This document shows positions 1 through 12,036 of a stretch of 64,000 nucleotides of DNA, one piece after another. Numbering within the stretch: position 1 is the first letter of the stretch; each line of letters starts with the position of its first letter. Source of the DNA: Octopus sinensis (taxonomy: Eukaryota); NCBI RefSeq assembly GCF_006345805.1, contig NC_043009.1, positions 49,104,001-49,168,000 of the forward strand, written 5' to 3'. Below the pieces are notes generated by a model. It was not told the origin of the DNA, ran no database searches, and saw nothing but the letters and a program-made list of their open reading frames with translations. Made by a program: the position numbers and the translations under genes.

Positions 1-259
1 TCGGTGTGATGTGCGGTGGGCAGGGGGTTGGATGTTGCGAATGGGAGTGGCGGGATGGAGTGAGTGCCACAGTGGTTGGTTGGCTGGTTGGTTGGTTGGT
101 TGGTTGGTTGGGTGTGAGAGAGGGTGGATGTGACCGGGTGTGTGGAGCAGGGGTTGTTATGATGCGCTGGGTGTGGTCTTCCTGCGATGAGGTACGCCGT
201 GGCACAGTGCGGCAGAGAATGTGTCGTGGTTGTGGGTGATTTATTCTATATTTGTATTC

Positions 260-725
260 AATGCATGCGCACCTAACAGCAACAACAACGACAGCAATAA
301 TATTGGATGCGAAAACCACGTGGTAACAAAAAAAATACAACAAAAAACAACAATGGCAACAACGAGAACAGCAACAACAACAGCAACAGCAACAACAAAA
401 ACAAAATCAAAGCCAAACCACGTAAAAACAAAAACCAAAAAAATGCAACAAAAACAAGAATGACAAATAATAATAATAACAACAACAACAACAACAACAA
501 TAATAATAATAATAATAATAACAACAACAATAACAACAACAGCAACAATAACGACAACAACAACACTAACAACACAAATATAGAATAAATCGTCCACAAC
601 GACATCACAACAGTAACAATGACATTAACGATGACGGCAACAACAACAACATCAACAACATCAACAACAATAACAACTGCAACAACAACAATGATAACAA
701 TAACAACATTGACACCATCTTCGTC
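260..725. repeat. Imperfect (AAC)n/(AAT)n trinucleotide field
   Basis: Visible AAC/AAT/GAC triplet runs; the overlapping poly-N, poly-L and poly-V ORFs are read-throughs. Confidence 0.95.
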
Positions 726-967
726 AACAACGACAACAGCACTGATTCATAACGCCTCCACCATTGCGCCGCTGTTAGGAACTGTCCCTGACGCCTAATG
801 GTTGTAGTTAGGGATCTGCATATTTTATACCCTAAACTACTACCACCAACACACCACCCACGCCATCACTACCACCAAAACCACCAACACCACCACTATT
901 CCACTCCTACCAATGCCATCTCCTCACCGCTCAGGTCCCTCCTTTTCTTCGCCCGGTTCCTATTTCA

Positions 968-1425
968 TCGATACCATCATCATCATCATCATCGTCCTCA
1001 TCATCATCATCACCACCACCATCATCACCATCATCATCATCATCATTACCATCATTATCATCATCATCGTCATCATCATCACCACCACCATCATCACCAT
1101 CATCACCAACATCATCATCATCACCAACATCATCATCATCATCATCATCATCATCACCACCACCATCATCACCATCATCACCACCATCATCATCATCATC
1201 ATCATCGTCATCATCATCATCATCATCATCATCACCACCACCATCATCACCATCATCATCATCATCATTACCATCATTATCATCATCATCGTCATCATCA
1301 TCACCACCACATCATCACCATCATCACCAACATCATCATCACCAACATCATCATCATCATCATCATCATCATCACCACCACCATCATCACCATCATCACC
1401 ACCATCATCATCATCATCATCATCG

Positions 1426-1457
<32 letters not shown>

Positions 1458-1622
1458 GTCAATACCACCACCACCATCATTACCATCATCATCATCATCA
1501 TCATCATCATCGTTGTAGTGGTCGTCATCGTTGTCGTTACGTTATCATAAACGCAACGATGAACGTGTTCCTGCTGATCCTGATCCTGATGAACTACTAC
1601 TAATACTACTACTACTACTACT

Positions 1623-1681
<59 letters not shown>

Positions 1682-1742
1682 CACCACCACCACCACCACC
1701 ACCACCGCCACCACTACCACCACCAACTACTACTACGACTAC
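968..1742. repeat. Compound (CAT/CAC)n, then (CTA)n and (CCA)n microsatellite
   Basis: Direct reading; source of the poly-His/Ile/Ser ORFs 798-1550 and 913-1518. Confidence 0.95.
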
Positions 1743-2704
1743 GTCAACTCTGCGGTGAGTTCATCTTCCCCTCGCCCCTCCCCGCCTTCTCTACCCCCTT
1801 GTCATCATTACCGAACCTGTTAATGAACAATTGTGATGGATTCGCTTTGTATCATTTGCCTCATTAGAACAATTAGCAACGATCATCTGAAATGCTATTT
1901 CGTATCTGTTTTTGAGTTCCTATTCGTGGTTGTTGCTGTGGTGGTGGTGGTGGTGGTGGTGGTGGTGTTGATGGTGGTGGTGGTTGTGGTGGTGGTGGTG
2001 GTGGTGGTGGTGATGGTGGCGGCGGCGGCGGTGGTTTCGTGTATTTCCATCTAAGCTATTATATCCGGTTTGTTTTGGTGACGAAAGCGTTAATTATCAC
2101 CCCTTGACGATTGATACATATTTCTGAAGTTACTAAAGTTGGTGTACGCCAAAGAGGAAGCCTCTACACGTCCACTCTGTTTGCAAGAAATTGCAACCAC
2201 ATCTTGCTCCAATCACATTTATCTGTCTTAAAATATTAGAAAGAAAACTCTAAAAAAAATCAGCCATCTGAATGTGGCTAGGGACAGGGCCGTCTTCGGG
2301 GAATGATCTCCCTTTGCAGGCTAGAGGACACCGAGATGGTGTCAGCCCTCCTGGTGACGTCGATGATCGCCTGGGGCTAAATGCATCAGTAACACCCCCA
2401 CCACAGACATTCAGATGGCTGATGTCCCTTATGTTATAGAGCAGTTACTGTTTATATCTCGTTTAGAGATTTATTATTGTCTAAAAAAAATAATAAAACG
2501 CAAAGTATATTGGACAATAACGTGCCTTATATTCGCTACATTTGGTCATAGATGAGCTGTATCAGAACTGGTCTGAGGTTAAACTACACCAAAAACAATA
2601 ACACGTTCTTCTAGGTTCAGCTAAAGATGATGCCTTTTCGTGATAGTCTTGCATGAAGTAGCAGCCAAATCTACGTCAATTTACACACGGACAAGTGTAT
2701 TTAA

Positions 2705-2860
2705 TAACTGTTTCTGATTTAAACACGAGGCCATGAATTTCAAGGAGAAGCAATTAGTTCATCACACCGACACCATTATTTGACGGGTTCTATATTATAT
2801 TGGATCCAGAGAGATAAAAATGCAAAGTTAGCCTGAGTGGGATTTGAACTCAGAACATAT
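2705..2860 (-). mobile_element. Degenerate tRNA-derived SINE, family C2
   Basis: Plus strand reads GGGATTTGAACTCAGAAC (reverse B-box region) and a decayed reverse tail TTTAAACACGAGGCCATGAATTT. Confidence 0.6.
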
Positions 2861-3110
2861 TAGAAGCAACAAAAAAAAGTGTGGGGGGGCGTAAAGATTA
2901 CGGCCATCTCAAGTTCAAAGTACCGATTCTTATCCGATCACCGATATTAATCAATTTTGAGATTAATTTCTACTTAAACTGGAAGCTGCGTGTCTTAAAT
3001 AATCAAAAGGGGAAGATATAGATCCCTGATATAATAAAGGGAAGACCATAGTGTACCACTCAGTACCATGTAGATAAATATATATATATATATGGTATAC
3101 ACACACACAC

Positions 3111-3166
<56 letters not shown>

Positions 3167-3167
<1 letters not shown>

Positions 3168-3328
3168 CGGGTTTCTTTCCGTTTCCGTCTACAAATCTAC
3201 TCACAAGGCTTTGGTCGGCCCGAGGCTATAGTAGAAGATACATGCCGAAGGTGACTCGCAGTAGGACTGAACCCGGAGCAATGTGGTTTGTGAGGAAGCT
3301 ACTTACCACATAGTCACTCCTGTGCCTA
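3167..3328 (-). mobile_element. tRNA-derived SINE family A, 5' part
   Basis: Reverse complement of the A head seen elsewhere: GGAGTGGCTGTGTGGTAAG...GGGTTCAGTCC...GACGGAAACTGAAAGAAGCCCGTC. Confidence 0.85.
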
Positions 3329-3343
3329 TATATATATGTGTGT

Positions 3344-3376
<33 letters not shown>

Positions 3377-3809
3377 ACTCTGTGTGTGTGTGTGCGTGTG
3401 TGTGTGTGTGTGTCACTCATGAGATGGTCACGGCTAGAACAGCTTCGGTCATTGATCTACCGCAGTAGTACAGACCTAGGGGGTAAAAATTGCCAAAAAA
3501 CAAAATAATAAACCAACAATAAAGAGAAAACAGAAAGAAAATCCCACTAAGTGCTTTACAACCAACTAATAGCCGTTGGTCAGAATACTAATAAGGTTTG
3601 CTTTGTGTTTCGTTACTGACAACAACAATTGGTGATATTTAGTGATTATTGCCTGGAAATGGGACGGGGTGGGGGGACGGGAAGGGGGAGAAGGTTGTGA
3701 CTAATAATGAAGATTAACTTATTCATTGCTCTTTCGGGAGACTGTGTAATTCTGCATTAAAAGGGTCAGAGATGTCTTGCAAAGAAAAGAAATAAATAAA
3801 AAAAAGATG

Positions 3810-3833
3810 ATCATGATAATAATAATAATAATA

Positions 3834-3871
<38 letters not shown>

Positions 3872-4215
3872 TAACAATAATAAAATAACAAGGATAGTAA
3901 TAATAATAATAATGAATATATTAATAATAATATAATAATAATAATAATATAATAATAATAATAACAATGATAATAATAATAATAATAATAATAACAACAA
4001 CAATAATGATAATAATAATAACAATAATAATAATAATAATATTAATAATAATAACAATAATAATAATAATAGTGATAATAATAGTGATAGTAATTGTAAT
4101 AGTAATAGTAATCGCAGAAACAGCAATAACGATGACCGTCATAATAATAATAATAATAATAATAATAATAGTAATAGTCATAGTAATAATAATAATGACA
4201 ATAATAATAAGGATG

Positions 4216-4294
<79 letters not shown>

Positions 4295-4295
4295 A
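3810..4295. repeat. (AAT)n field with AGT/GAT/AAC variants
   Basis: Direct reading. Confidence 0.95.
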
Positions 4296-4624
4296 TGGAA
4301 AGAAAAGAAACATGAAAAAAGACGAAAGAAAAGACAAAGAAAAAAGAAAGAACGAAAGCTGATTTTCAGAATACTAATAGAAATACTGATAATGATTAGG
4401 ATGGCGATAATGATGCTGGTGGTGGTGGTGGTGGTGGTGTTTTGGTGGTGGCTGCAGCGGAGGTGACGGCCACAGCGACGGCGACGGCGTAATAAAAATT
4501 GGCCACTGAGTCCATTACCATAAAGAGATATTTAACATATTTCAGTAATATGTCAGTTTTTCGCTTTATTCTTCTCTTCAAACGTGATGCAAGTCACATA
4601 ACCTCGTCTATGAATGTAATAACA

Positions 4625-4666
4625 ATAACACCAACAAAGAACAACAACAACGACGACGACGACGAC

Positions 4667-4710
<44 letters not shown>

Positions 4711-5260
4711 CGATAACGATGATGATGACGATGATGATGACGATGATGATGACGATGATGATAATGACAATGACGATGATGACGATGATGATGATGACGA
4801 TGATGATGAGGAGGATGATGATGATGAAGATGACAATGACGACGACGACGATGACGACGACGACGATGACGACGACGATTATGATGATGATGATGATGAT
4901 GATGACGATGATGGCGATGATGATGATGATGACGACGGTGACGATGATGATGATGATGACGATGATGATGACGATAACAATGATAATGACAATGTTGATG
5001 ATGACGATGATGATAATGACGATGATGACGGTGATGATGATGACAATGATGACGATGATGACGACGATGATGACGATGATATGGAAGGGAGGAGGTAGAG
5101 GAAGAGGACGACGATGACGGTGGTGGGGGTGGTGTTCGTGATGGTGGTGTGGATTTAGTAGCGGTGGTGGTGGTGGCGTTATAGTAGTAATAGTAGTAGT
5201 GCTGTTGTTGTTGTAGTGCTGTTGTTGTTGTTGTCGTTATTGTTGTTGTTGTTGTTGTGG
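4625..5260. repeat. (GAT/GAC)n followed by (GGT/AGT/GTT)n compound microsatellite
   Basis: Direct reading; gives the poly-Asp ORF 4499-5098. Confidence 0.95.
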
Positions 5261-6011
5261 TTGCGGTCTTGGTGGTGGCAGAAAAATGCCAGTTGTTGCA
5301 GTTCTTTGTGACTAAAACTATTAAATCTATTACAACAAAGGTGACCAATTATTTGGTAAAATGATAATAAACAAAAAAAAAACGCAAACTACTATAAATG
5401 CCTTTAGAACATGTACACATCAATGGCTTCTTCTCGATACACTTATCCTGCTAGGAAGACACTTCTTATAGAAGACCAACCGCCTCCCCCACCAACTTCT
5501 GCTTCTTTTCTTCTTTGGCTGTGATTCTTTTATTTTTCATTTGTGTTTTCATCTATGCAAATCCTCCCCGACTCAAACTTACCACCACCCCTACTCCCCT
5601 TCCTCTTACTTAGCTTCTCCTATTCCTTCTCTTCATCTTCGTCCTTCTCTTCATTCTTTTCTTTCTCTGCATTCTCACTGTCCTCACTAACGAGCTATTT
5701 GCTGTGCTGATGTTTGACATGCTAAAGACGATAGCGAAATGGACCTCTACTCAGCTCTACTCTTTTCCATACCGAAAGGATACCCTAGATAATGGAGCGT
5801 TACAATTAAAACACGGCTGAAGTGCTTTTCACTGTCTTTTGCATCAGTATTAACTTGTAGCCAAAGAACAAAATCTACTACTATAACTTCTATTATTATA
5901 TAACCAACTTTACCTAAACCTTTCACTATTTCTACTAAAGCAAACTTATAACTGAAGTTACACCTAGAACGGCAGTCTTAAGGCAGTGATATACTGAGCC
6001 ACTATAATATT

Positions 6012-6222
6012 AGATGGTGGTTTGTTAGCACACTGGGCAAAATTCTTATCAGCATTCGTTCTGCCTTTACGTTGAGTTCAAATTCCGTCAAGGTCGACTT
6101 TGTCTTTAATCCTTTTGAGCCCGATAAAATAAGTACCAGTTCAGCACAGGGGTCGAGGTAATCGACTTTTACTCGCTTCCCCGAAATTGCTGGCATTGTG
6201 CCAAAATATGATACCAATATTA
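6012..6222 (+). mobile_element. tRNA-derived SINE family C2
   Basis: GTTGAGTTCAAATTCC B-box, GTCGACTTTGTCTTTAATCC...GATAAAATAAGTACCAG central domain, AAATTGCTGGCATTGTGCCAAAA tail. Confidence 0.85.
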
Positions 6223-7093
6223 GGTGGTGGGATCATTATAAATTGGTCTCACATAGCACACCTTTAAAATTAGATTCTACCAGCACACATACGCTTTCAG
6301 AAGCAGAGATAGTATTAGCAGGTATTCTTTATTACATCAAAAAGGCCTTTTAAAAATCGAGCTCTCGTACAATCACATGGGAAGAAAGATGTACAGTGTG
6401 TTTACTGGAAATCCATTCAAATCTAAGTATCATAGTCATTAAACAAAGGAAATAATATTTTCATCCATTGGAGATATCGGGTAAAATTCCTACTAAAAAA
6501 TTGGGGTCTAAGTTTTGTCGGTTTTCTTATTTCGTTGGGTTTAAACGAGTGTAACGATTTCCCATGACTGTCAAAGTTTTAGAAACAATGTGTATTAATA
6601 TCGCTTTGATTTCCATCGACAGGAACGAAGGACACTGAAACTCAACATAGATTTTACTCACACATAACCTCAAGTACACTATGTGTGCACGTGTGAGTGT
6701 GTACATCTGCGCACGCGTGGATGCACGTGTATAATGTACAAACGAGAGAAAATGTGCGCATATGTATAGATAACTTATAGCATGCTATGAAAACATAGAG
6801 TTGCAATGGTGCGAAGCATTGACGTTCATTAAGATACACACACACACACATACGTACACTCTAAAAACAGACATATAAGCTTAAGGATCTTTATATAACA
6901 CTAATATCAACGAAGTTTGTACAAAAAGCCATTTTCGCACTCTCCAATCTCTCTCCAACTTCTGGTCAGTTATGTTTTGGTCATGTAACAACACACATGC
7001 TTTTCTCCAGACTATCTATTCCTTCGGCCTTTTCCTCCTCTCTGGACATTTTCCGCTATTCGATAAATATTCGTGTTCAAATTTTTATTTCCT

Positions 7094-7223
7094 CTCTTTC
7101 AGTTTCCGTCGACCAAATTCAGTCACAAGGCATTGGTTTGGCCCGAGGCTATAGTAGAAGACACTTGCCATAGGTGCAACGCAGTGGAACCCGGAACCAT
7201 GTTGTTGGGAAGCAAGCTTCTTA
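7094..7223 (-). mobile_element. SINE family A, 5' part
   Basis: Matches the A head in reverse; abuts the family C dimer. Confidence 0.8.
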
Positions 7224-7640
7224 TTTCTTTACTGCCCATAAGGAACTAAACACAGAGATGACAAACAAGGACTGACAAAGGAATTAAACTGATAAGATAG
7301 ACCCCTGTGCGCAACTGGTACTTAATTTATTGTCCCCGAATAGATGAAAGGCAAAGTCGACCTCGGCGGAATTTGAACTCAGAACGTAACGGCAGACGAA
7401 ATACCTATTTCTTTACTACCCACAAGGGGCTAAACATAGAGTAGACAAACAAGGACAGACAAACGGATTAAGTCGATTATATCGATCCAGTATGTAACTG
7501 GTACTTATTTAATCGACTCCGAAAGGATGAAAGGCAAAGTCGACCTCGGCGGAATTTAAACTCAGAACATAGCGGCAGACGAAACACCGCTAAGCATTTC
7601 GCCCGACGTGCTAACGTTTCTGCCAGCTCGCCGCCTTAAC
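7221..7640 (-). mobile_element. SINE family C dimer (full copy plus 5'-truncated copy)
   Basis: Two copies of GATGAAAGGCAAAGTCGACCTCGGCGGAATTT(G/A)AACTCAGAAC; head GGCGGCGAGCTGGCAGAAACGTTAGCAC in reverse at 7610-7638. Confidence 0.9.
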
Positions 7641-8135
7641 ACACAGTCACTCTTGCGCCTGCGCGCGCGTGTGTGTGTATGTGTGGAATGTAAGAAATCA
7701 TTTGAATATATTCATATATTCAGATAAACTACAAATAGTATACACGATCGTAATATTACAGGATTAAATATCTGAAACAAATCACACGGTACAAATATAT
7801 AATTGAATACGTATTTAATAATTAAACTGTACCGTTTCTGGAACTTCATTAATGAGAACCTTTCATCAGTGGGTTAAATGGGAAGGAGGATTGCTGTAGC
7901 GAAAGCTTTTCCACTGCAACAGCGAAAAAATTTACTGCCAACACGTGTTTACTATACGTGTCTGTAGAGGCGAATGAGAAATCGTTCAGGATAAGGTATA
8001 TTTTTTTTACCCCATTTATGTATGTACGCGTATATGAACGTAGATATGTAGTCATATGTATGTGTGTGTATGCGCATGCGATCGTGTGTGTACGTGTATG
8101 TGTGTACGTGCACTTATTCATGTACACGCTTACAA

Positions 8136-8228
<93 letters not shown>

Positions 8229-8516
8229 TGTATTTATGTATGAATGTATGCATGTGTGTGTGTGTGTTTATCTGTATTTTATGCAATACGGCTGTATGCC
8301 ATTCATATGTTATACATATGTGTATGTCTCAGCACATAAATTCATGCATGTAAACCTGTATTGCATTACTCTGTTCTCAGAATACGTTCGACGTAATGTA
8401 ATAGTTTATAAGCCGAAAAATAAATAAAGTATTTAAATTACAGTTTCTTTCCTTTTTCTTTATCATTATTATTATTATTATTATCATTATTATCATTATC
8501 ATTATTATTATTATTA

Positions 8517-8550
<34 letters not shown>

Positions 8551-8700
8551 CATTATTATCATTATCGCCTACAGACATTTTGCCTAAAATATACATTGAT
8601 ATATTCTTAATCTTTGCTCGCTATCAGATTTGTTTCCGCTATGGCGTGTTAAACCCTAATTTTCTAGAAATATTAACTTCAGGATTGTTCTTAATTCAGT

Positions 8701-8735
<35 letters not shown>

Positions 8736-8867
8736 GTCTTTCTTTCTTTCTTTCTTTCTGTTTTCTTTCTTTCATCTTGTTTTTATTTTTATTTTCCTTC
8801 TCTTTTCTCTCTCTTGCCAATTTCCTTCTTCCGAGATAAAAAAGAACTGTACAAAATAATAATAATA

Positions 8868-8935
<68 letters not shown>

Positions 8936-9296
8936 GTAACAATGATAACAATAAAACTAACGAAACTAAAATAGTACGTGTAAAAATGTAATTTTAAATT
9001 AGAAAGTATATAGTCTTCGTACCTAGCTTTAACTTCGATGAAATACTATCGGCAAAGAATTTTAGTGGAATCATGGATTATCATTATCTAGAATATGATG
9101 TAAAAAAAAAAAAAAAAAGTAAAAGATGACAAAAAACATGCATAAAGCAAAACAACAAATTTATAAATCTAATTATTTACAAGCCACGAAGATTGATTTC
9201 GTTGGAGTAAACAACACCAAATCCAGAAAGGAGCCAGCGAGGAAGCGTCTAAGTGGCTGATTACTCTGCAAGAAATAGCAACTGTTATTCGCTCTC

Positions 9297-9626
9297 CAGA
9301 TCAATCATGAGTTCATATGTCCTTTGAAGGTCCATAAAATATTTTGGGGGGTCTACACAACAAGATAGTAAAGTGGGGATCCTCAATAGTATTTTTTAAA
9401 GGGCTCCTGAAAATATTTTGCTTTAGATATATGCGTTGGTATGTATTGCAAGAAACAGCTAGGTTTCTTTCCCTACCAGTTTACATAGTTAAACCTAAAG
9501 GGTTAATATATAAAAAACAAAGTAGGAATTTTGAAAGTAGGTTTTATAAAACCAATGACTATAGGGTCCACCAGAATAAAATAGTAATCAAAGGGGCCTA
9601 TAGATAAAAAGGGCCGAGAATTCCTG
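9297..9626 (+). mobile_element. Non-autonomous hAT (Charlie-like) MITE, decayed left end
   Basis: Right end GGGCCGAGAATTCCTG followed by CTCTAGAT, resembling the NTCTAGAN Charlie target; left TIR degenerate. Confidence 0.5.
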
Positions 9627-10306
9627 CTCTAGATGATTACAGAAACAACGGAGGTTCTACATGGTATATTAGCATACTAGAAATAACAGTAACCGTTCTC
9701 CATTAAGAGGACATCACAGGTAACAAGGGAGACTGTGTGGTTGATCATCGTGCTAGAAATAATAGTAATTAGTCTCCATCCAACTAACACTAGAGCCAAT
9801 GAGAGAGCCTCTATGTTGTCGATTAATGTGCTAGAAATAGCAATAGCCATTCTCCCTCAAGACGATACCAGTGAAAGTTCCTTTCCGAATCATATAGACT
9901 CATATGGCCGTTTTTTTTTTTTTTGTTTTCATAGCGTATATTTTTCCCACCTGGATGGATAGATGTAGAAGGAACTAGACAGTCTCCTCTCTACAATAAC
10001 GAATGAATTGACCGCCTGGCATAAGGTACAGATGAGGGCAGCAGTGAAAAACTTCCGCATATACGAATTGAGCCACCAACCAGGACGAAAGTATATACAG
10101 GAGTGGTGATGTGAAACCCCACCAACTTGAACAAATCAGCCAAAAAAGAATCGTAAAATTATAAGGAAATGTGCAAAATCATAGTTGTGCTCCAGTATGA
10201 CCGTAGTTGCATGGTTGAAACGAATAAATCAATAAAACAATACATATGTGTATGTGTGTATGTATATTTATATATGCATGTATGCATGTATGTATGTATG
10301 TATATA

Positions 10307-10595
10307 CAAGGGGAAGTCAAAAATTATTCGCATTGTCGCCATAACATATGTTTATTATTGTCACACTGCCTTCTGCACATGCGTGCTTATAGTTGGTACT
10401 ATTGTGGTCACGTGATCGACGTTTGAGCCTGATCGCACCACTTTTTTTTTCTGGCATTACAGTGTAAGCATGGCCGCTCCATGAGCAATATTCACCAAAG
10501 AAGATCAAAGATTTCACCGGTCGGACGGTGTATTAGGTGCTGAGATTCAGTGTGTAAGAATCGAGAAGTTTAAAAGTGGTCCAGGAGTTAGATGG
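10307..10595 (+). mobile_element. Mariner (Tc1/mariner) 5' fragment with decayed transposase start
   Basis: TA followed by CAAGGGGAAGTCAAAAATTATTCGCA (mariner-type TIR); from 10470 MAAP*AIFTKEDQR..SDGVLGAEI...IEKFKSG resembles a mariner N-terminal HTH with deletions. Confidence 0.65.
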
Positions 10596-10721
10596 TAAAT
10601 GTTTTTATTTTTCATTCCCTTCGACATCTTATCTCGAATAGTGGTTCGGAATCTAACTGTCCTCTCTAGCGTACAAACAGGTGGTCCTATCATGGCTACC
10701 TCTTATATGCTTAAATGTACA

Positions 10722-10755
<34 letters not shown>

Positions 10756-10780
10756 AATCCAATTTTATAGTAAAATATTA

Positions 10781-11044
10781 TATTATATTAAATTAGAGAC
10801 AAAACCACTATTAGGCAAATCAAACAAAGAAAAACTTAAGCCAATACATTAGATTATTATATTTATATTATTTAAATATATAACAAAATTATTAAAAATT
10901 ATAATTAATATTATAATTAATTATAATTTTTAATAATTTGTTTTTTATTTAAATAATATAAATGTAATAATCTAATGTATTGGCTTAAGTTTTTCTTTGT
11001 TTGATTTGCCCAATAGTGGTTTTGTCTCTAATTTAATATAATAT
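10781..11044. mobile_element. Near-perfect ~265-bp palindromic MITE in (TA)n
   Basis: Left arm ATATTAAATTAGAGACAAAACCACTATTAGGCAAATCAAACAAAGAAAAACTTAAGCC matches the reverse complement of the right arm; loop about 6 nt at 10910-10915. Confidence 0.85.
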
Positions 11045-11276
11045 ATATATATATATATATAGTTAAGTAATTTGTCTGCATCCTTTCAAGAAATATGTTC
11101 ACCTTTTGTTGTATAAGCTCATAAAGCCCTACTGACATTCTGCCCCATATGGTTGAAAATGACACCAATTCTTAGCAAATGCTTAGAATTACGTACTAAC
11201 CAGGAGCATGAATCAAAACATGCATGTAGGTTTTTTGCTTCTGCCATTTCCTTTACACCTTTATAATTTATGATAT

Positions 11277-11632
11277 ATTACCCCTGCCTCAGTGAAAGCA
11301 AAGGTATTGTTTTCAGTCGAGTTTGTTTGGTTGTCTGTGGACAAGATATCTCAAGAACTACTGGATGGATTCGGATGAAACTCTCAGGAATCTTTGGCCT
11401 CGTGACTGGCACGAACTGCTTAGATTTTGGGGTCGATCTGGTATAGGAGAAGGATTCAGGATTACTTTTTCTGTTTTTTTATTTAATTTTTCAGAGTGGT
11501 CAGGTTCATTTTTAGTATTTTCATTTATGAGAGCAGCCGAATTTATTCCAGATAGTCTCATCTTCGCCTAATCGTTGAGAGTACGTTGGTGTTGCTTTGA
11601 CAGAGGTTTGCGCACTCTGAGTGCTCCTGTTT
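11277..11632 (+). mobile_element. Helentron-associated non-autonomous element (HINE/DINE-1-like)
   Basis: 5' ATTACCCCTGCC with 3' subterminal partner GACAGAGGT, (GTTT/GTCT) stretch after the 5' end, 3' hairpin GCACTC-T-GAGTGC at 11612-11624. Confidence 0.65.
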
Positions 11633-11861
11633 GTATAGTTTTTATGAAAAATTTCAACATCTTTAAAACGTACAAATAAATTATTTATACATCTATTATT
11701 CTCCATTTTCTTTGTTTCGATATTAACAATATGTACAACTATAATAAGCCCTAACATACCGTCGGGAATTTCTCTTTATGTGATAGCTAGTAACCAGTGG
11801 AACTTTTGGATTATTTAGTCCCTAATGAGGACCTGACGCCCTCGAATTAACTATAAATGTA

Positions 11862-12003
11862 CTGCTCATTTAGTCAGCTGAGTGGACTGGAGCAACAGGA
11901 AATAAAGTTTCTTGCTCAAGGACACAATCCGCTACCGAGAGTCGAACTCAGAACTTTGTGATCGTGAGTCGAATGCCCTAACCACTTAGCTACTTGCCTT
12001 CAC
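11862..12003 (-). mobile_element. SINE family D, 5' part
   Basis: CAGCTGAGTGGACTGGAGCAAC...CTTGCTCAAGGACACAA...GAGTCGAACTC...CCCTAACCACTTAGC is the reverse of the D head. Confidence 0.8.
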
Positions 12004-12036
12004 ACACACACACATATAAATATATATATGGATGTG

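Noticed and set aside
1-240. GT-rich segment at the window start as a promoter or coding region
   Set aside because: Low-complexity (GGTT)n/GT-rich sequence with no motif; may be low-quality consensus
798-1550. 250-aa poly-His ORF as a His-rich structural protein
   Set aside because: It is a (CAT/CAC)n read-through that drifts into poly-Ile after a 1-nt slip; overlapping frames on both strands are equally open, and there are no GHG-type motifs of known cephalopod beak proteins
7849-7963. Minus-strand terminal exon candidate (TYSKHVLAVNFFAVAVEKL...)
   Set aside because: Acceptor is plausible, but there is no homology and no linked upstream exon
9635-9870. CRISPR-like repeat-spacer array
   Set aside because: Eukaryotic context, no cas genes, repeats are degenerate and spacers are homologous to each other
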